This document shows, piece after piece, positions 28,309 to 43,529 of a stretch of 64,000 nt of DNA (positions within the stretch are counted from its first letter, which is position 1; the number at the start of each line of letters is the position of its first letter). The stretch lies in the NCBI GenBank assembly GCA_028534125.1, contig CM052816.1, positions 61,630,001 through 61,694,000 of the forward strand, read 5' to 3'. The translations under genes were made by a program, and so were the position numbers. The stretch comes from Lama glama (Eukaryota). A model generated the notes under the pieces. It did not search any database. It was given only the letters and a program-made list of their open reading frames with translations, and was not told the origin of the DNA.

Positions 28309-28434
28309 GGGGAGGGTGTAGCTCGAGCAGTAGAGCTCATGCTTAGCGTGCGTGAGGTTCCAGGTTCAATCCCCAGTACCTCCTCTAAAAATAAATAAAC
28401 CTAATTACCTCCCCCACAAAAAAAATTTTTTAAA
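28309..28434 (+). mobile_element. tRNA-derived SINE of camelid type (Vic-1-like)
   Basis: GGGGAGGGTGTAGCTC...(A box)...GGTTCAATCCC (B box), tail AAATAAATAAACCTAATTACCTCCCCC plus an A run; short flanking repeat GCATTCT (28301-28307, 28435-28441). Confidence 0.85.
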
Positions 28435-28539
28435 GCATTCTGAAATTATAACACTGAAATACATCCCCAAATACCGTAATTCCTAGTTTTTAAGGAGAAT
28501 GACCAAATTAAATCAACTTGTAATTCTTAGCAGTTAGCT

Positions 28540-28625
28540 TCGTATCTCTTGAGAACTATAGTGCCTTGTATTTTGTAATTATTCTCTGTTGAATGAATGA
28601 ATTGATGAGTGAATGAATGAATGAC
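28540..28625 (+). mobile_element. L2 3' end with (GAAT)n tail
   Basis: gttgaatgaatgaattgatgagtgaatgaatgaatga. Confidence 0.55.
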
Positions 28626-31205
28626 CTGCTAACCACATTTAGATGGCATTTTAAGTTAGTGTATTATGTAATTGTAAATTAATTACTGGATCCCACCAAA
28701 ACAAAATAGCCTTAAAATGAAGGTCCAGAGCAAAGATAAGAGATTGTGGATAATTTTTATTTTGTTCTTTCTGGTTTTGTGTATCTTCCAAATTTTTAAC
28801 AATAAATGTTATGTAGCTAAATTTTTTCAGGATCATACATGGCTAGTATTTGTCTTCAAATCAAATATCAATCTTACCTTTAATAACTGATATCTCATCT
28901 GTGGTTCAAATTTCAGAGCCCTTGCTTTTACATTAAAGGCTGTTTTTTAAAACTAATGTCATTATTACCAAACAACATTTCTAAGATTAATTTAAAGGAA
29001 GTACAATGTTATGTTAAGCTGTAGAAATTGAATTAATGTTTCTGCCACTGATATAAAGCAGCATCAATTCCATTTTGTAATGTTTATCCTCCCTCAATAA
29101 AAACAAAATAAAAGAAAAAGAAAAGGTTTATCTTTTTCTGAAAAACAATCAAGCTACTAGACTGAATGCCAACTTTACTCTTGCAAGTGTAATCATATTT
29201 TTTAAAATATTAAAACATATTTATAAAAGTTGGCTGAAGTTGTAAGTTCTTTGTATAAGTGGATGGTTTGAGTCTCCCTGCCAAGTATTATTCTATTTGA
29301 GAGACTTAGAAAAAATAACCATGCTAACCTGTAAAAACAATCCCCAGCTCTTCCTGATAGGAACAAAACATTGAACCTGGGGTGGACGGATATTTTGAGC
29401 CACTGTGGCAGTTGGTAGTTGAATCCTGTGACTAATGGTAGAGATGTTTGTCTAGGTGAATCACATGGGCTTAGTTATCACTGAAATGACACAGTGGGGT
29501 GATATCTGGTGAATATTATGGAACATCTGTGAATGGCTCACAGCTATGCCTGATATGAATCATTCTTCCCTCAAAAATCTTAAGTTTAGTAGTTAAAAAA
29601 TTCCAAACTGTTGTCACATAAACTGAAATGCTTGGCCTATTCAGAGGTTGAGAAGGAATGAATACAATGCATACTCTGAGACATTTTGCCAGTAAGTTGT
29701 TCGGCTGTGTTTTAAACCCCTAAATTTAGGAAAACCTAAAAATTGTTGAAGATGAGCAGTAAGAGCCTTGGGTCACTGCAATGAATAAAATATACCTTCT
29801 TCAACTGTTTGCCACCATCATGGAGATTATGTGACTTAATGGTTTTCCTCATCAGGGAAGTAGATTTCTCTGTCTTTTAAATTCAGAGGGCTTAGTTTAA
29901 AATGCATGTAACGTGATGACTGAGGCCCTCCCACCTGCAGAATTCCCATGATTCTTAAGGGACCTTGGGATGAAGGGATGAAGCATTTGGTGCTTCTTCA
30001 GGTGATAGTTTCCTTCACTGAATGATCCTGTTTCACATTAATTTCCCTAATTTGGGATCAAACTCTTTTCTTTAGGATACTGTTAAAACTGAAAAAAAAA
30101 AAGAAAGGAAAGCTGAAGGTTTGTGTGGGGCTTAGCTGAGTGTGAAGTTGTACTTTCCTGAATACTGCTAATGCTGGGTTTACAACTGGTTCTGGGTAAT
30201 TTAGCCATCCTGATTGCAGAGATGGGGTGGGTGAGTAGGGGGATAGCTTAGTTTGTGCTTTTATTTTCAATTCCAGGAGAAAGCTTCTACTTCTGCCGGA
30301 TCTGAAACTTTTAGCATTGTCTTGTAGTTTGACTTTTTCTCTGAGACCTTGATATACCTATCTTTGCTTATTTTGATTCCTTGACACTGAAGAGAAAATG
30401 TATAAAGCCTAATCACTGGGCATGTTTACAAATAAGAGTGTGTTTGTGTGTGTCTTTGTATTTTGTGAAATGTGAGCAAGTTGTGGTGGATATATTTGCC
30501 AATAAATAATAAACAAACATTTAGAATTTTACAAATTTTACAAGAATATGTTTAGCTATGGCAAACAGTTCACACAGACTAATTTTTAAGAATGAGATAA
30601 GTATTTTGTAAGTCAATATTTGATGGAATCTGTGTAAATCTGACAATGGTGTCATCAACAGAGGCCGACTCTGTTAAAGCAAACAGACTACTAATGGGTT
30701 GCAGTCCAAAGAGGCTCACTGCAATCTTTAAATTCTAGACTTTGTGTGGGCTTTCAGAAAAATAAATCTCTAAATGGAGGGAAAAAAAATGTCATGTGTG
30801 AATGTTATGTGTTCCTAACAAAAACTAAATTGATGGGATTTGTTCTACAAAATATTAAAAAGTAAATTTGTCCCTAATGTTTTGTTTCATACATTTTATC
30901 TGATTATATTTTGGGAAAATAAAGTTTTTGTTTTTGTTTTTTTTAAGGAAAGCACGAAGAAGAATATACAAATGGGAGTGCTAATTATTTAAAATGACCA
31001 ATAGTTTCTTTTCTGAACTTGAAAACAGTTATGTTTCTAAATATGAGAACAATAATTTTGCCTAAATTTGCAGTATAATGACCAGGACTTCTCTCCTTTT
31101 TAGAGAAGCAGTCAAGTGTTTCTGGAACAGATAAGACAGCAGCGATCCAGTGAGGTTGATTCCCCACAGAGGAAAGCTATGCATACCTAACGTACTGGAA
31201 GGTAA

Positions 31206-31373
<168 letters not shown>

Positions 31374-33599
31374 TAAGTAAGAGAAAGAAGTGAGAATTAC
31401 TTTCTTCAAGTACAAAGAGAAAAAACATTAGATATTCGTGTTTACAAACATACATTCATACAATATGAATACATTAAGCTGTGAAAAGGGGATAAAAACA
31501 TCACAGAGGGTGAAGTTTTGATTCCTGTTTATCCATAGGTTTTAGTAATTAATTCCTTTAAAGCGGGAACTTCAATAGATTGATCCTGGCACAGTGCTGG
31601 AAATGATCATATTTCATCAATTCCAAGGCATATTTCTTTTCACATTTTAACATCTATGAAATTGGATTCATTTTGTAATTGATGGTGTCTTATAATAATA
31701 ATTGGCATTATTTTTTCTATCTTCATGTTACCTAAGATAATGGTATCTTAGATTCAGTAAAATACAGTCAATTGGCGTGTAATCATGTCTTTTCCAGATA
31801 TTTATCCTAAAGGCCTAAAGACTTTTTAAATAGTTTAGAAATGTTTTGTAATGGAATATCTTTGCTTTAATTTGCTGACCCAGTTTCGAGTTCTATCACC
31901 CTAAGGCATCCTATCTTCTGAGTGTTGAGCACAAGCGTAGAGGTACACTTCAGTCCCTTTCTGTTGATTAATGTAGCAATTACAATCCACTGTAAAGGGA
32001 AGCACAAGAAGAGAGCCCATCCGTCTTAATGGTGACTTTTGAAAAAGTAAAATTTAAAAATATGAGACCTGCTGTCAGTGGGCCACATTTTATAATCTGT
32101 AAGAACAGAAAGTTTTCTTGATTGAGCAAAAGGCAATGATTATGTGAAAAAAAGACAAAGATGCTGAGTTGATCTTGAAAATACTGATCTTTGTAGGGAT
32201 TTTGCCTGATTGTGAATGGCATTTCATTCTTGGTTGAGAAGTCAGAGTAACCATTACCGCCCATGTTAGCTAATTATCCCAAAAAGAAATTAATATAGAC
32301 AAAGAAAGTAGGCCAATATATGTATATATCCCAAGCTTTCTAGAGCTGGCAGGGAATGCTCTATAATAAAAGTGATCCCTTTTTCCAAAAGTAGAGTCAC
32401 AAAATCTTGAGACTCACAGTGGATAAAGAATTTAGATTCCTAATATGGCTGGAGCAAAATGCATTTCCTGATACTTGTTCCAAAATAGTAATAATGCCTT
32501 ATGAAATTTTATTATTCAAAATCACTGTCTTCCTGAATGAGTCTTAAAGGGAGATATTCACTCCTAGTCTCTTGAAAAGATTTAAAGCAAGTAAAGAACA
32601 CATGGAATCTGGATTGATAGAAATTTTTATTCTAAGACTTAAAATTTCATAACTCTTCTTTTTGAAATGTGATCACCATATAACTAACTCCTTAAAATGC
32701 AAGCACAGGAAAGTACAGAAATACAACCTATGATATGTATTAACAAAGATAAGATATTTAGTTGTTTTTTGATTTTCCTTTCATTTGTTAATTATTTTTA
32801 TAAATTTATCTCAAGAGAAGCTGAAAAACTATATAAAACAAAATGATGCTCAAAAACAATGGACTAATTTTTGACGTTTCCAATAACTTCAGTATATTTT
32901 CATATAATCGTGAGTCTCAGCCTATCAAGTTAATTCTCTGACTCTGTATTGTAGGTATTATGTTTGGCATGATCAGCCATTTAAGCCATCTGAGTGGGCC
33001 TGGTCACACCTGTTCCATTTTGGCAAGCTTTTTTATTTGTTTGAATTTAAATGCTATTCAAATGTCCTTTGAAATTTCAATGGTTGGTCATTTCATCCCA
33101 TATATTGTGTGTTTGGATATTATGTGGGATTTTTTTTTTTAACACTTTAAGGATAATTGACATATTTGAATTAACCTATGTGATTAAAACTAAGTTTTCT
33201 ATTTCCCTTCCGTTTGTAGTTCTGAAATAAAAAGTTATTTATTACCTTTCTTTTTAACTTTGGAGAGAATGGAATTTGAAAAAGAGAAAATTTAAGCTGA
33301 CAGTTTTTTTTGGAAAGTGCTAATGATACATATTTAAAATATTACTCTTTATTAGTCCATTTTTTCTTAGTTCCTTTTTAATTTATCCTTTATTCCTTCA
33401 AATTCAGACTATGAATTCTTCAGAATTGTTAGTGGTATTATAGAGATAAAACTCACTGAAAGACTACTGAATTCAATTAAACTTTGAGTGTGGAAGGAAG
33501 GAAAGGAAATAAGTTTTTTCAGATGACAGTGTGATAATTGTACTTGTTTTTTTGTAATACATATTAAAGCATAAAGATTTTTAAATGCAGGTAAGTAGA

Positions 33600-34600
33600 A
33601 AGAAGAAACACAAAAAACACTTAAAATACTTGTAAAACCACTGTTAACATTTTGATCTATATATTTCATCTTTTTTCTGTCTACATAGACACGTGTATAT
33701 AACAAAATGGTATTATACTGTTTATGATGCTTTGTAGTCAGTTGTCAACACATTGAACATTAAACACTGTCTACAACATTTAGTGGATATGTCACTGTTT
33801 ATTTAAATTAGTTTTCCACTGTTGAACAATTTTGGCTGGGTCCTAGCTTTTGATCCCTTTCTATTCCACAGTGTTAACCATTTTTGCTACTAAAACTTTG
33901 CTGTCTGTAATTATGCCCTTATGCTAAATGAATAGGAATAAAATATCTGTTTCAAATGGAATTATATTTTAGTCTTTGAGACATATTGTCGAATTGTTCT
34001 CCAGAAAGAATATATGAATGTATTTTCCCACTGACATTACATGTATAAGACTGTCATTTCTCTGAACTGAACAATGCTGGGTATTACTATTTTAAAAACA
34101 ATCTTTAACTATTTTATATTTCTATAAACACAGAGTTTACATTTTATAGAAATGTTTCTAATTGTTGTTTTATTTTATATTTCTGGAATTGCTAGTGAAG
34201 CTGAACATTTAAAAATCATGTTCAGCGGCCATTTGTATTACTTTTTTTTTGTTTTCCTCTTCATGATCTGTCTCATTTTTTTGAAGTATTTACATTTTGT
34301 TATTGATTTGTATGAACCCTTAATGTATTAAGAATATCAACTCTTTTGCCTATGTTGCAAATATTTTTTCCGTGTTATTTATGGTGTTATGATCTATTTT
34401 TAAATATTATATAGGAAAACTCAAACTTTTATGCTTTTCATTCATGTAATGTTTAGGAAGATCTAACTCACTCTATGATTATATTTTCAAAAAATTTTTT
34501 AATGTAAACTTTAATCTATCTGAAATATGTTTGCCTGCTTTGAGGAAAGGATCTGTATTTATTTTCAAATATTATTGTTTTCCCAATACCATTCATTTAA
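33600..34600 (-). mobile_element. Highly degraded L1ME-type fragment
   Basis: T-rich with reversed L1 3' motifs (aattgttctccagaaag...ttcccactgac...gctagtgaagctgaacattt...ggccatttgtatt). Confidence 0.55.
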
Positions 34601-36542
34601 GATCCTAACTGGTATTTTTTTTTTTAATCAGAAATTGTCTTTTCAAACAATGAAATATTTTAAATATCTTTTAGTCATACTGGAGACTTCGTAAGTAGAG
34701 TATGGAAAAATAGAGGACAGTAAGATTTATCCTTGTGTGTTATTGTTATTATTATTTATTTGGAAGACCTTGGAGAGCCAGTGAAAGCCTTGCTGGCAGA
34801 AAGCAGTGTGCTCAGAGCAGTAGCACTTTCATAAGAAAGAGAATGGTTGTCAAGATGGTGAAGTGACTAAGGACAGGGAAAAAAACAAGAATTCTAGAGG
34901 CATTGAATGAAAATGGTGAGATTCATGCGATAGGCGGGAGGAAGCTGATAGGAAGCTAGTGCCCCACCTTAAGAAAAGGAAGTAACGCCCCACCATAAGA
35001 AAGGAGAATCCAAGAATTCAGTTTTGACCATGCTGTCTTTTAATAGCAAGAATATTTCTACATATGACTGTAATGATTCAGCACTTGATGTTTTCAGAGA
35101 AGATTTTTGTGTTCATATTTTTACCACTGAATCTAGAGGAGGAAAAAAAATGAGGAGAATGTCTTCAGAGGGTCAAATGCATGGAGAATGAAGGTAAAGG
35201 AAACAGTCTATCTTAAACTGGACAGAAGAGTGGTGAAACTGGGGAAAGCAGAGGCAGTGGTAAAACTGCAAAACTATTTCCATAACTAGATGGTGACTTA
35301 ATCCTTCAGAGAGACATGGAAAGGGATGATTTGGTGAGCAATAAAGATGCAACAGGGACTAAATGTGAAGCCTGAAATCAGAGTTAAAGACAGAAAGGTA
35401 ACTGGGAGGGTAGTTAATACTTTTATACATTCTGAGTTAATGTTATAGTGATACATCTAGTCTAAGAGGTGGTTGGCAATAAAAGAGAGGAGAACAAATG
35501 GGAAGGCGGAGATAGCCCTGACCTCGTGCAGCAAAGAACAGCAACACCTCCTGAATCACTGCTGTTACTCTGGGCACCTGTGTTTAATTTGAAGGCCTCC
35601 ATCCCTCTTACATTATGAGACCTAATGAGATCATGGCTGGAGGTGGTATGAGTGAACTTTTTGTGGATGAGTGATACATATTTCTGTTTTATCCCATTAT
35701 GCTGGTGATGAAATCACTGTTGTGCATTGAATCAGAGTTTCACTATGGCTGGCATGCAAGTATTATTCTCAGTACAGGTTTTCCTCTTTACCAAAAATGG
35801 TACTAACAGCTTGGGAATCCATGTTCATCTGTGGAAAATAAAACAGAAAGAATTATGAAAATCACTTTAAATCTCCCCTAGAAAATGACCTAAAAAAAGA
35901 ACATATAATGTCAGATTTTCAAAATTCAGGATTAAATTGTCATTCTTCAAATAAACTTTAGACTGAATTTTTTAGATTTTGACAAAATATATTTTAAGTC
36001 TGAGAAATTGATTGATTAATTAATTGTAATTAATTATAATGTTTCTACCTGTAGGTTTCCCGCTGTAAGTAAAGATAATACAAATAATAATGAACAAAGG
36101 CCTTGTGATTTATTTGGCTAAGTGTATGCTCAAATTTAGGATAATAGTACTCTGACTTTACTAAGGTACCATCTTCCACATACAAAACTGGCACAATGAG
36201 CTAAGCTCGTGAAAAGAGTTAGAAATTTGTTCCTAAACTTTCATACTCTCCTATCTGGATAGTCTCCTCCCCAAGAGCATAAGCATATCCATTTAGTGTA
36301 GGTGCATGACTTATAATCATAGATTGAAGAAATTTTCTGACTTCGTGCTTTTGATCTAGGTTCTACTATTTGGCAAAGTTAAAAATGAAATTCAGTAGAT
36401 GGCAGTTGATGGGGATCTAGTCCTAGCTCCATCATGGCACTTTTCATGATTTTGGAGAATGGGGTCTTACTTTCTTCTATAAAACACAGTGCCTTGGGTT
36501 CAGTAGGCATGCAGCATGTATTCATTACATTAAATACAGTAA

Positions 36543-36910
36543 TACATCAGTCAGGACTCTGGTTGGAAGTTAACACTGCTTCAACTTTAGCTAGCTTCGG
36601 CACTTAGGAGGATTTATTGGTTTATATAACAAAGCCGAGGGAAGTACAAGAGTGGACCCTTCAGGAATGGCTAGAATCAAGGACTCAAATACCTTCAGGA
36701 CTCTGTAGCTCCTTTGCATTCTTTCAGATCAGCTAATTCCACTTGACAAGGACACGGCCACTTTATATACCTTTGTGACCAGAGAGGAAAGGGTTCCTTT
36801 TGCTCTCACTGAGATATAAAAATTCTAAGGCCAAACACTTGTTGGTCTGATTTGGATCATGATTCACATCATTGGACCAATTAATGTACCCAATAGAGTG
36901 AGTCCTGCAG
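36543..36910. mobile_element. MLT1 (ERVL-MaLR) solo LTR fragment
   Basis: agtcaggactctggttggaag...ggatttattggtttatataac...cttcaggaatggctagaatcaaggactcaaat resembles old MLT1 LTRs. Confidence 0.6.
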
Positions 36911-37400
36911 AAGTATTACACACACAAACGTACTTGTGCACACACATACACAACCCTGAAATTATATATATGAAAGTTTATTGATGAATTTAGGCAAAAG
37001 GAGTGGTATACCTACAGACGTGAGACATGTTCATTTATTAAGACATTTCAGTTTCTTCCACATTAGCTGTGTAGAAGCTGTTTACAAGACTAAAGGGGCC
37101 AAAGCAAGGAATTTCCATTTTCAGGGAGCTGGCTCAGGGCTCTGCTCTTGCTGCAGGGTTTTTAAGACTCCTGTCTTCAGGATGGATACCTGGGCTATCT
37201 CTATCCCTATAAGGACAGTAAAGTCATCCATCTTATACAGAGCCTGATGTTTATTTCTGGGAATCAGCAAACAAATCCATAGCTCCTGTAGTGTGGCTTT
37301 GTCACAAAATTCTCAATTGTAGGAGAGCCTGTCTCAATGTAGTAATAAAAATAGCTACTGTTTCTTGTTTGTTATGTATCAGACACTGTTGCAAGCTTAC

Positions 37401-37609
37401 CAGCTGTGTGCTGAAGCTGTCTAGGACTGGCTCCTCAGACCACGTTAACTAGTGTATCTTCTCTTCTTCATGTTCAATATGTCAAGGTGATAGCTTGAAA
37501 TTGGCCATAGTGAAGTATTTATACCATAAAAATTGGCAAATGCAACAGATCAGAATTCCCTCACTCCCATGAGGAGCCAGTTGCTAAACACTTACCAGCA
37601 CATGACTAG
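37401..37609. mobile_element. MER63-like hAT-Blackjack element inserted within a MIR (about 37345-37765)
   Basis: TIR-like cagctgtgtgctg ... ccagcacatgact; internal tagcttgaaattggccatagtgaagtatttataccataaaaattggcaaatgc. Confidence 0.7.
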
Positions 37610-37810
37610 GAACTTCATATATGTTACCTTGCTTATCCTCATGACAATCTCATGATTGATATTGTTATCATTTTAGAAATTAATTTAAAAAAGGAGAAAA
37701 AGAAGCTTAAAAACATAGTGCATTGCTTACTTGAACCTGGGTTCTGCCTGCTCCAAAGCCCATACGCTACACTCTAGAAGGCAGCTGGCAGTGAGTTACC
37801 TCTTCCTTAA

Positions 37811-38209
<399 letters not shown>

Positions 38210-39634
38210 TAACTATCAATACCAAAGCATTTAATATTAAGGACACCTGAGCATGTGAGCATCTTAGAACTCAACAAGTAAGGACTGCGTAACAGTGAAT
38301 TTGGCCATGTTGTATTTTATTGCTAATTGTCAGTGAGTAAGGTTTTTCTGGGTCAGGGAAATCAATGAGAAGCTAGTCACCAATTTGACTGAAAACAAAC
38401 ATAAAGTGAATTTGAGGCAATATCATAGTGAGTACTCCTATAAGAGGTTTTTCTCCTTGGCTTTTCTTGAACAGCATTATAGGCTCAGAATTAGTGATAT
38501 AGTGTATCTTTTTTCCCAAGTAATGTTCCAGCTTAACTATAGAACTTTTGGATATGAGCTTGTTAATGTATTATCACGTGTTATTTGTCTATATATGTTT
38601 TAATTACCTCTGTTGTGTCTGGGGAAGAAACTTGGAGTTGTGGGTTGTAACATATCAAAGAGTCAAAATCAGATTTTATCATTACCTCACTTTCATGATC
38701 AGTGAGGAAGATCTGACTCAGATAATGTTCTTCTGGCACACATATATATTAAAAAGCCTAATATAATCCCAAGGCCTCAGAAAAAATGGCCTTATGAAAA
38801 AATGAGGTAGGAGGTAGAGTAAATTCTTGACTCCTCATTCTGCATGAGACATACACAAATATGCACTATGTCGTTCTTCACATTTCCCGAAGAAGACCTG
38901 AAACCTTCTGTAGGGTTGGTTACTGTTAGAAAGAATGAGTACCTGGATATATAACTACAGGTCATTCTTCCAAGTAGCAAAACAGGATGCATTTCCTGCT
39001 GGAAACATTGTGGTACTTGCTTTAGGTATTTCCTGTAGACCTCATAAGTTTGTCAAAAACTAAACAAAAACCAAATTAAACATTGTTCTTTAGGAAACTC
39101 TGGATGTAACTTTTCTCCCTTGTGAATCTTTCTGCCTGAATAGCCTTATTTTGCTAGAGGCATGGGGCTAAAAGAGGGAGTGTGTTTAAGATGGTGCATG
39201 GAAATGGAGCTTCTGCCCAGTTGTGGTTATCCGTGGAATCTGGCAGGAATTGGGAGTGTTCTCCCAAGTTTCCTGGCCATAGTCCAGCTTCAGTAGTTAC
39301 ATTCTGCCTACCTCACTTTTATTTGTGTTTCAATCAAATGTAGAGATATTCTTGGTCTTATCACTCAGTGGTTATGAAAAACAATATGAACTCTTCTGTT
39401 CCCTAACAGTGGGTGTATTAGCTCCTAAATTCACTTGGAAGATAAAATCCATTGATAAAGAATAGACATTTTACATAACTGTACACGTTAGTAGTTATTT
39501 TACTTGCAGTTCAGTGCCCATGACCCTTACAGAAGTCCATAAGTAGTCTTTGATAATGACGACAATGTTGTTATTGGAAAATCATAATGGGAGACCTGAT
39601 GATTGACTGCAGCATTTTTAGGATTTCAGGCCAA

Positions 39635-40080
39635 GTCAGTAAGTATAATTGGGTGCTTACTAAACACACTGGGATAGGCACTATGGAAAATACAAAAGAA
39701 CCTTATAAGTTTGGGAACATAAGAACTATCCAGGAAACAGCTAAAGCATAACATAAGACAGCGTTTAATAAAATGGTGGATTGTGAGGTATAAATGTGTA
39801 AGTAATATAGAAATTCAGAGCTGAGAAGGTCACAATAGACTGGAGTAGGATCAGAAGGCTTTTTAGTTGGTGGAGTTGAACTGAATGTTGTAGGAATATA
39901 AGATTTGAAGTAGGGGAGAGAATAGGGAAGCTAGAGAAGTATTTCCCATAAGAGAAACAATGGAACAGAAACAAAGTTCTTGTGAAAATAGGGTGGGAGA
40001 AAAGGGTTTGTTTTAAAGAATAAATGGAAGATAAGATTGAATAAAGTAGTGATAGTTAACAAGGAGGCCTGAGTATAAAA
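39635..40080 (-). mobile_element. L2 fragment
   Basis: taattgggtgcttactaaacacact...ggcactatggaaaatacaaa followed by a purine-rich L2-like body. Confidence 0.5.
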
Positions 40081-40393
40081 GCCTTTACCACATCATCTTT
40101 CTAGAAAAAGTGGAGAAAAATAGACAAGTTCAAAAAGAGAAACTAGAAAAAATTTGTGCCAACCACTGAAACACCAAAACTTCTTCATGTGCAGACTCGT
40201 TTCACATTGGTCTCTTGACCTACATTTTTCTGTATCATTGTATTTTTAACATAAAACACCAAGTATATATTGCCTTGAGGAATAGATTATGTATATTATT
40301 GTATGTTTCCATTCCAAATATCATTTTCAGATTTTCTTCCTAATTCAATCTCATACAGATTGTTGTTACCCTACTTTTAGCATTTGGATTCTT

Positions 40394-40803
40394 TTTAAAA
40401 AACTTTTTTATTGATGTGTAATTGATTTATAATTGTTAGTTTCTGGTGTACAGCTAAGTGATTCAGATATATATTCTTTTTTGGATTCTTTTCCATTACA
40501 GGTCATTACAGCATAATTGAATATAGTTCCCTGTGCTATACAGTAGGACCTGATTTATCTATTTTATATAAAGTAGTTTGTAACTGTTAACCCCAGACTC
40601 CTAATTTATCCCTCTTCTGCCTTTCCCTTTTGGTAACCATCAGTTTGTTTTCGATGTGAGTCTGTTTCTGTTTTGTAAATAAGTTCATTTGTATCATTTT
40701 TTTAGACTCCACATACAAGTGACATCATATGGAATTTGTCTTTCTCTGTCTGACTTACTTCACTTAGTATGATAGTCTCGAGGCCCATTCATGTTGCTAC
40801 AGA
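40394..40803 (-). mobile_element. 5'-truncated artiodactyl-type L1 3' end with TSD
   Basis: Reversed L1 3' UTR (ttgaatatagttccctgtgctatacagtagg); 16-bp repeat TAGCATTT(G/T)GATTCTT at 40378-40393 and 40804-40819. Confidence 0.85.
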
Positions 40804-41744
40804 TAGCATTTTGATTCTTATCTATCCAGGCTTAGAAGTGACTTGCTCAAATGGCTCTCTGAGGCTCTTAGGCTCTCCTGGAAGCTGCCTCAGGAGATAT
40901 GTACAAACTAAGGGGACTTTTAATCACATTTCTGCTATCTTCATTAAGAGAGCTGAGTCAAAACTTAGGGGAAGGAAGTGGAGATGAGGGCATGGAGTAC
41001 ACATGTTAGGACTATCACCTCAAAAAAAAAAAATTAGTGGATGTTGTTGTCTCTCCACAAACAATGCAGGAAGACTCTTCTGGGGTAAGCATGAGTCAAG
41101 AAATGCTGCCGTCACTGTCTCAAACATTCTAGTTAAATATCATCTGTACCATTGTCTTCATCCTTTGTTCAGGAGGAAAGAGATGATTTTTGTCCCATAC
41201 AGTCTCTCCTGTTTATTTTCCAAAGGAGAGGGTGTGCTCTCACACTTCCGGCTCCTTACTTCACCACAAAATCCACCGCTTCTCTAGATGAGTTGAAAAT
41301 AAGTAAAAGTAAATAGCATTAATTGAAATAAATGTCTGAGTAGCTATGGAGAACAAAGTGAGAACAAGGACCCTGTTCTTCCCAGAGGGATAAAAGCTCT
41401 CCTTCTAATGGAAAGAGGAGGCCCCAGCAGAAGAGCAGACAGGGTGCAGCCTCTTTCGGTTAACTTTTACAAAGATATTTCACACAATATCTTTTTGACA
41501 CACCCATGAAAACTTGCCTTCTCTTTCTGCCCCATTCGCACTTCCAACTATCTGCTGTCTGAGCTCTGTTAATCAAAAGGTGAGGTTCAACTGGCGAAAA
41601 CATGTTGCAGCAAGAGGAATGTACCCTCTGACCTTTTTCTTTTCTTTGCCGGCTGCTCTAACATAAAATTTCTATTGTTGCAAAGCCAGGAACTGTTTTC
41701 ATTTTCCCCATCAGTGAAACTCACCCTGTGCTTATGGCAAAAAA

Positions 41745-41768
41745 GAGAGAGAGAGAGAGAGAGAGAGA
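41745..41768 (+). repeat. (GA)12 microsatellite
   Basis: Read directly from the sequence. Confidence 0.95.
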
Positions 41769-43529
41769 CCTAAATTAACTTGGTGGAAAATGGGTCTTTT
41801 GCTGTCTTTTGTGAAACCAGCGAAGCCACGGCTTTCCCATTTCCTACAATCTAGTCTCACTCTTGGGATCACCCTTGCTATGGCTTTCTGTTTTTGCCCT
41901 CTCTTGGCATGTGACTCTTAAAGCATTGCCGTGCACTATGGATGAGCTCCAGCAATCCTTAGCAATTCTTTTGATGTACCGGAATGGTTTCTTTTGACTC
42001 CCACAGAGTACCCATTGGAAAAGATATGCTTCTTGTGCTTACCCGTGGACAAGTGGATAACTGGCATCATACTCAGTTGAGTTTGTGGGACTTAACATTT
42101 AGGTAGCATTCCTGAAGAAGGATAGGGGCGGAAATGTACCTACCAGGGGACTGGGCTTTGTTTTAGTAGGCAATTGTGCTACCACCTTGTTTACTCCTGG
42201 GTTCTACTCTGGTACCATAACTAGGTGAATTAAACCCCTCTCTCCAGAAAGAATTCAGTCTAACCCCAAAATGTTAATATTCCTATCCTTTACAAATGAG
42301 AGCCAAATTGTTTTCCCTGGTGTGGTTTCAAATACTTTTTTTCTGCAAAATATGTTTTTGCTTCTTAATCATAGAGCATTAAAGTATACATGTATCTCTA
42401 ATAAAAATTACCTCCTATATCCCACTGAAATGAGAACAAAAAATAAATGGTTTGGTCAGGCTGTAAAGAATTTTAAGATTCTGATTATATGAATAAAAGA
42501 AAAATAGGTATTTATCTGCAATAAGGGAAAATAGTGAAAAATAATTTTACTAAAGAATGACTATTTCCTGAAATAATATCTTCCACCCACCTACCTAATG
42601 GTTTACTATGAGTATGAATTGAATGGATTTTGGTGTTTATAACTATATTTTAATCTAAAGAATGACTTTTTATTACTGAACTAAGTATTCAATTTCTAAT
42701 TATTTCTAAGAATTTTGCTGCAAACTCAAAAATTCTGCAAAAATATATCCTTTACATGGGTATAGACTAATGATTGTCTCTGAAGAATGCTCTGAAGCCT
42801 TCATGATTAATTTAATGCCTATTAGCCATATAAATAATCACAGTTACGCCTTGCTTTTCTGGAATTTTTTTTAAGATAATTAAATAAAACTGCAGCTATC
42901 ATATAGATAAACATTTATTTATCAGAAGGCTAAAGAGAGGCAAAGATGAAAGGTAGGCTAAATAAAGCAGAGGGAAGAAGTAAAAATAAAAACGAGGTGA
43001 GGGCTGTCCCTGCTTGAACACCGCTGACATAAGGTCAGAATTTGCAGGAATAGAGTTCTACTCAGAACTAGGCTGGTCTGAGGGGTATCCTTGTGCCTTT
43101 ACTATTTTTTGCAAGCAATTTCTAAGCATTTAATTTTACAGTCACCCTTAAGAAGTGCAATATTTGCAGAGACCAGAGCTGAGATTCCAACTATTGACAT
43201 GTAATATTTGTGGCTAAATCTGCAGGGCTCATGGCTGGTGTATTCATTGAATCTGAATGTGGCAGAAATGTCGCTTTCAGTCATTTACTATTTTGAGAAT
43301 CCAGTTGATTATCTCTCTACTTCCAGTGCTGTAGAATAGAATATTCCTGGCTTATTAAGTGGAGCTTGGGCTTTAATTTTCTAAAATTATTTCTTGCTAG
43401 TAGAAGATGTCACTGTATGTTCGGCTTTGCATGTAACTTCACATTGTCCCACAGAGGATTTGTGTCTTTTTAGATTTGTCTTTCAGAGCATTATCTTTTA
43501 CAGAGCTGCCATCTGAGTTTATCTGTACT

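Noticed and set aside
28309..28385. tRNA gene
   Set aside because: The tRNA-like head is followed by a SINE tail and A run, with no intact cloverleaf evident; it is a SINE
41570..41640. Nuclear-receptor half-sites (AAAGGTCA on the minus strand, AGGTGAGGTTCA)
   Set aside because: AAAGGTCA also appears at several other places in the window; short motifs without conservation data are not evidence
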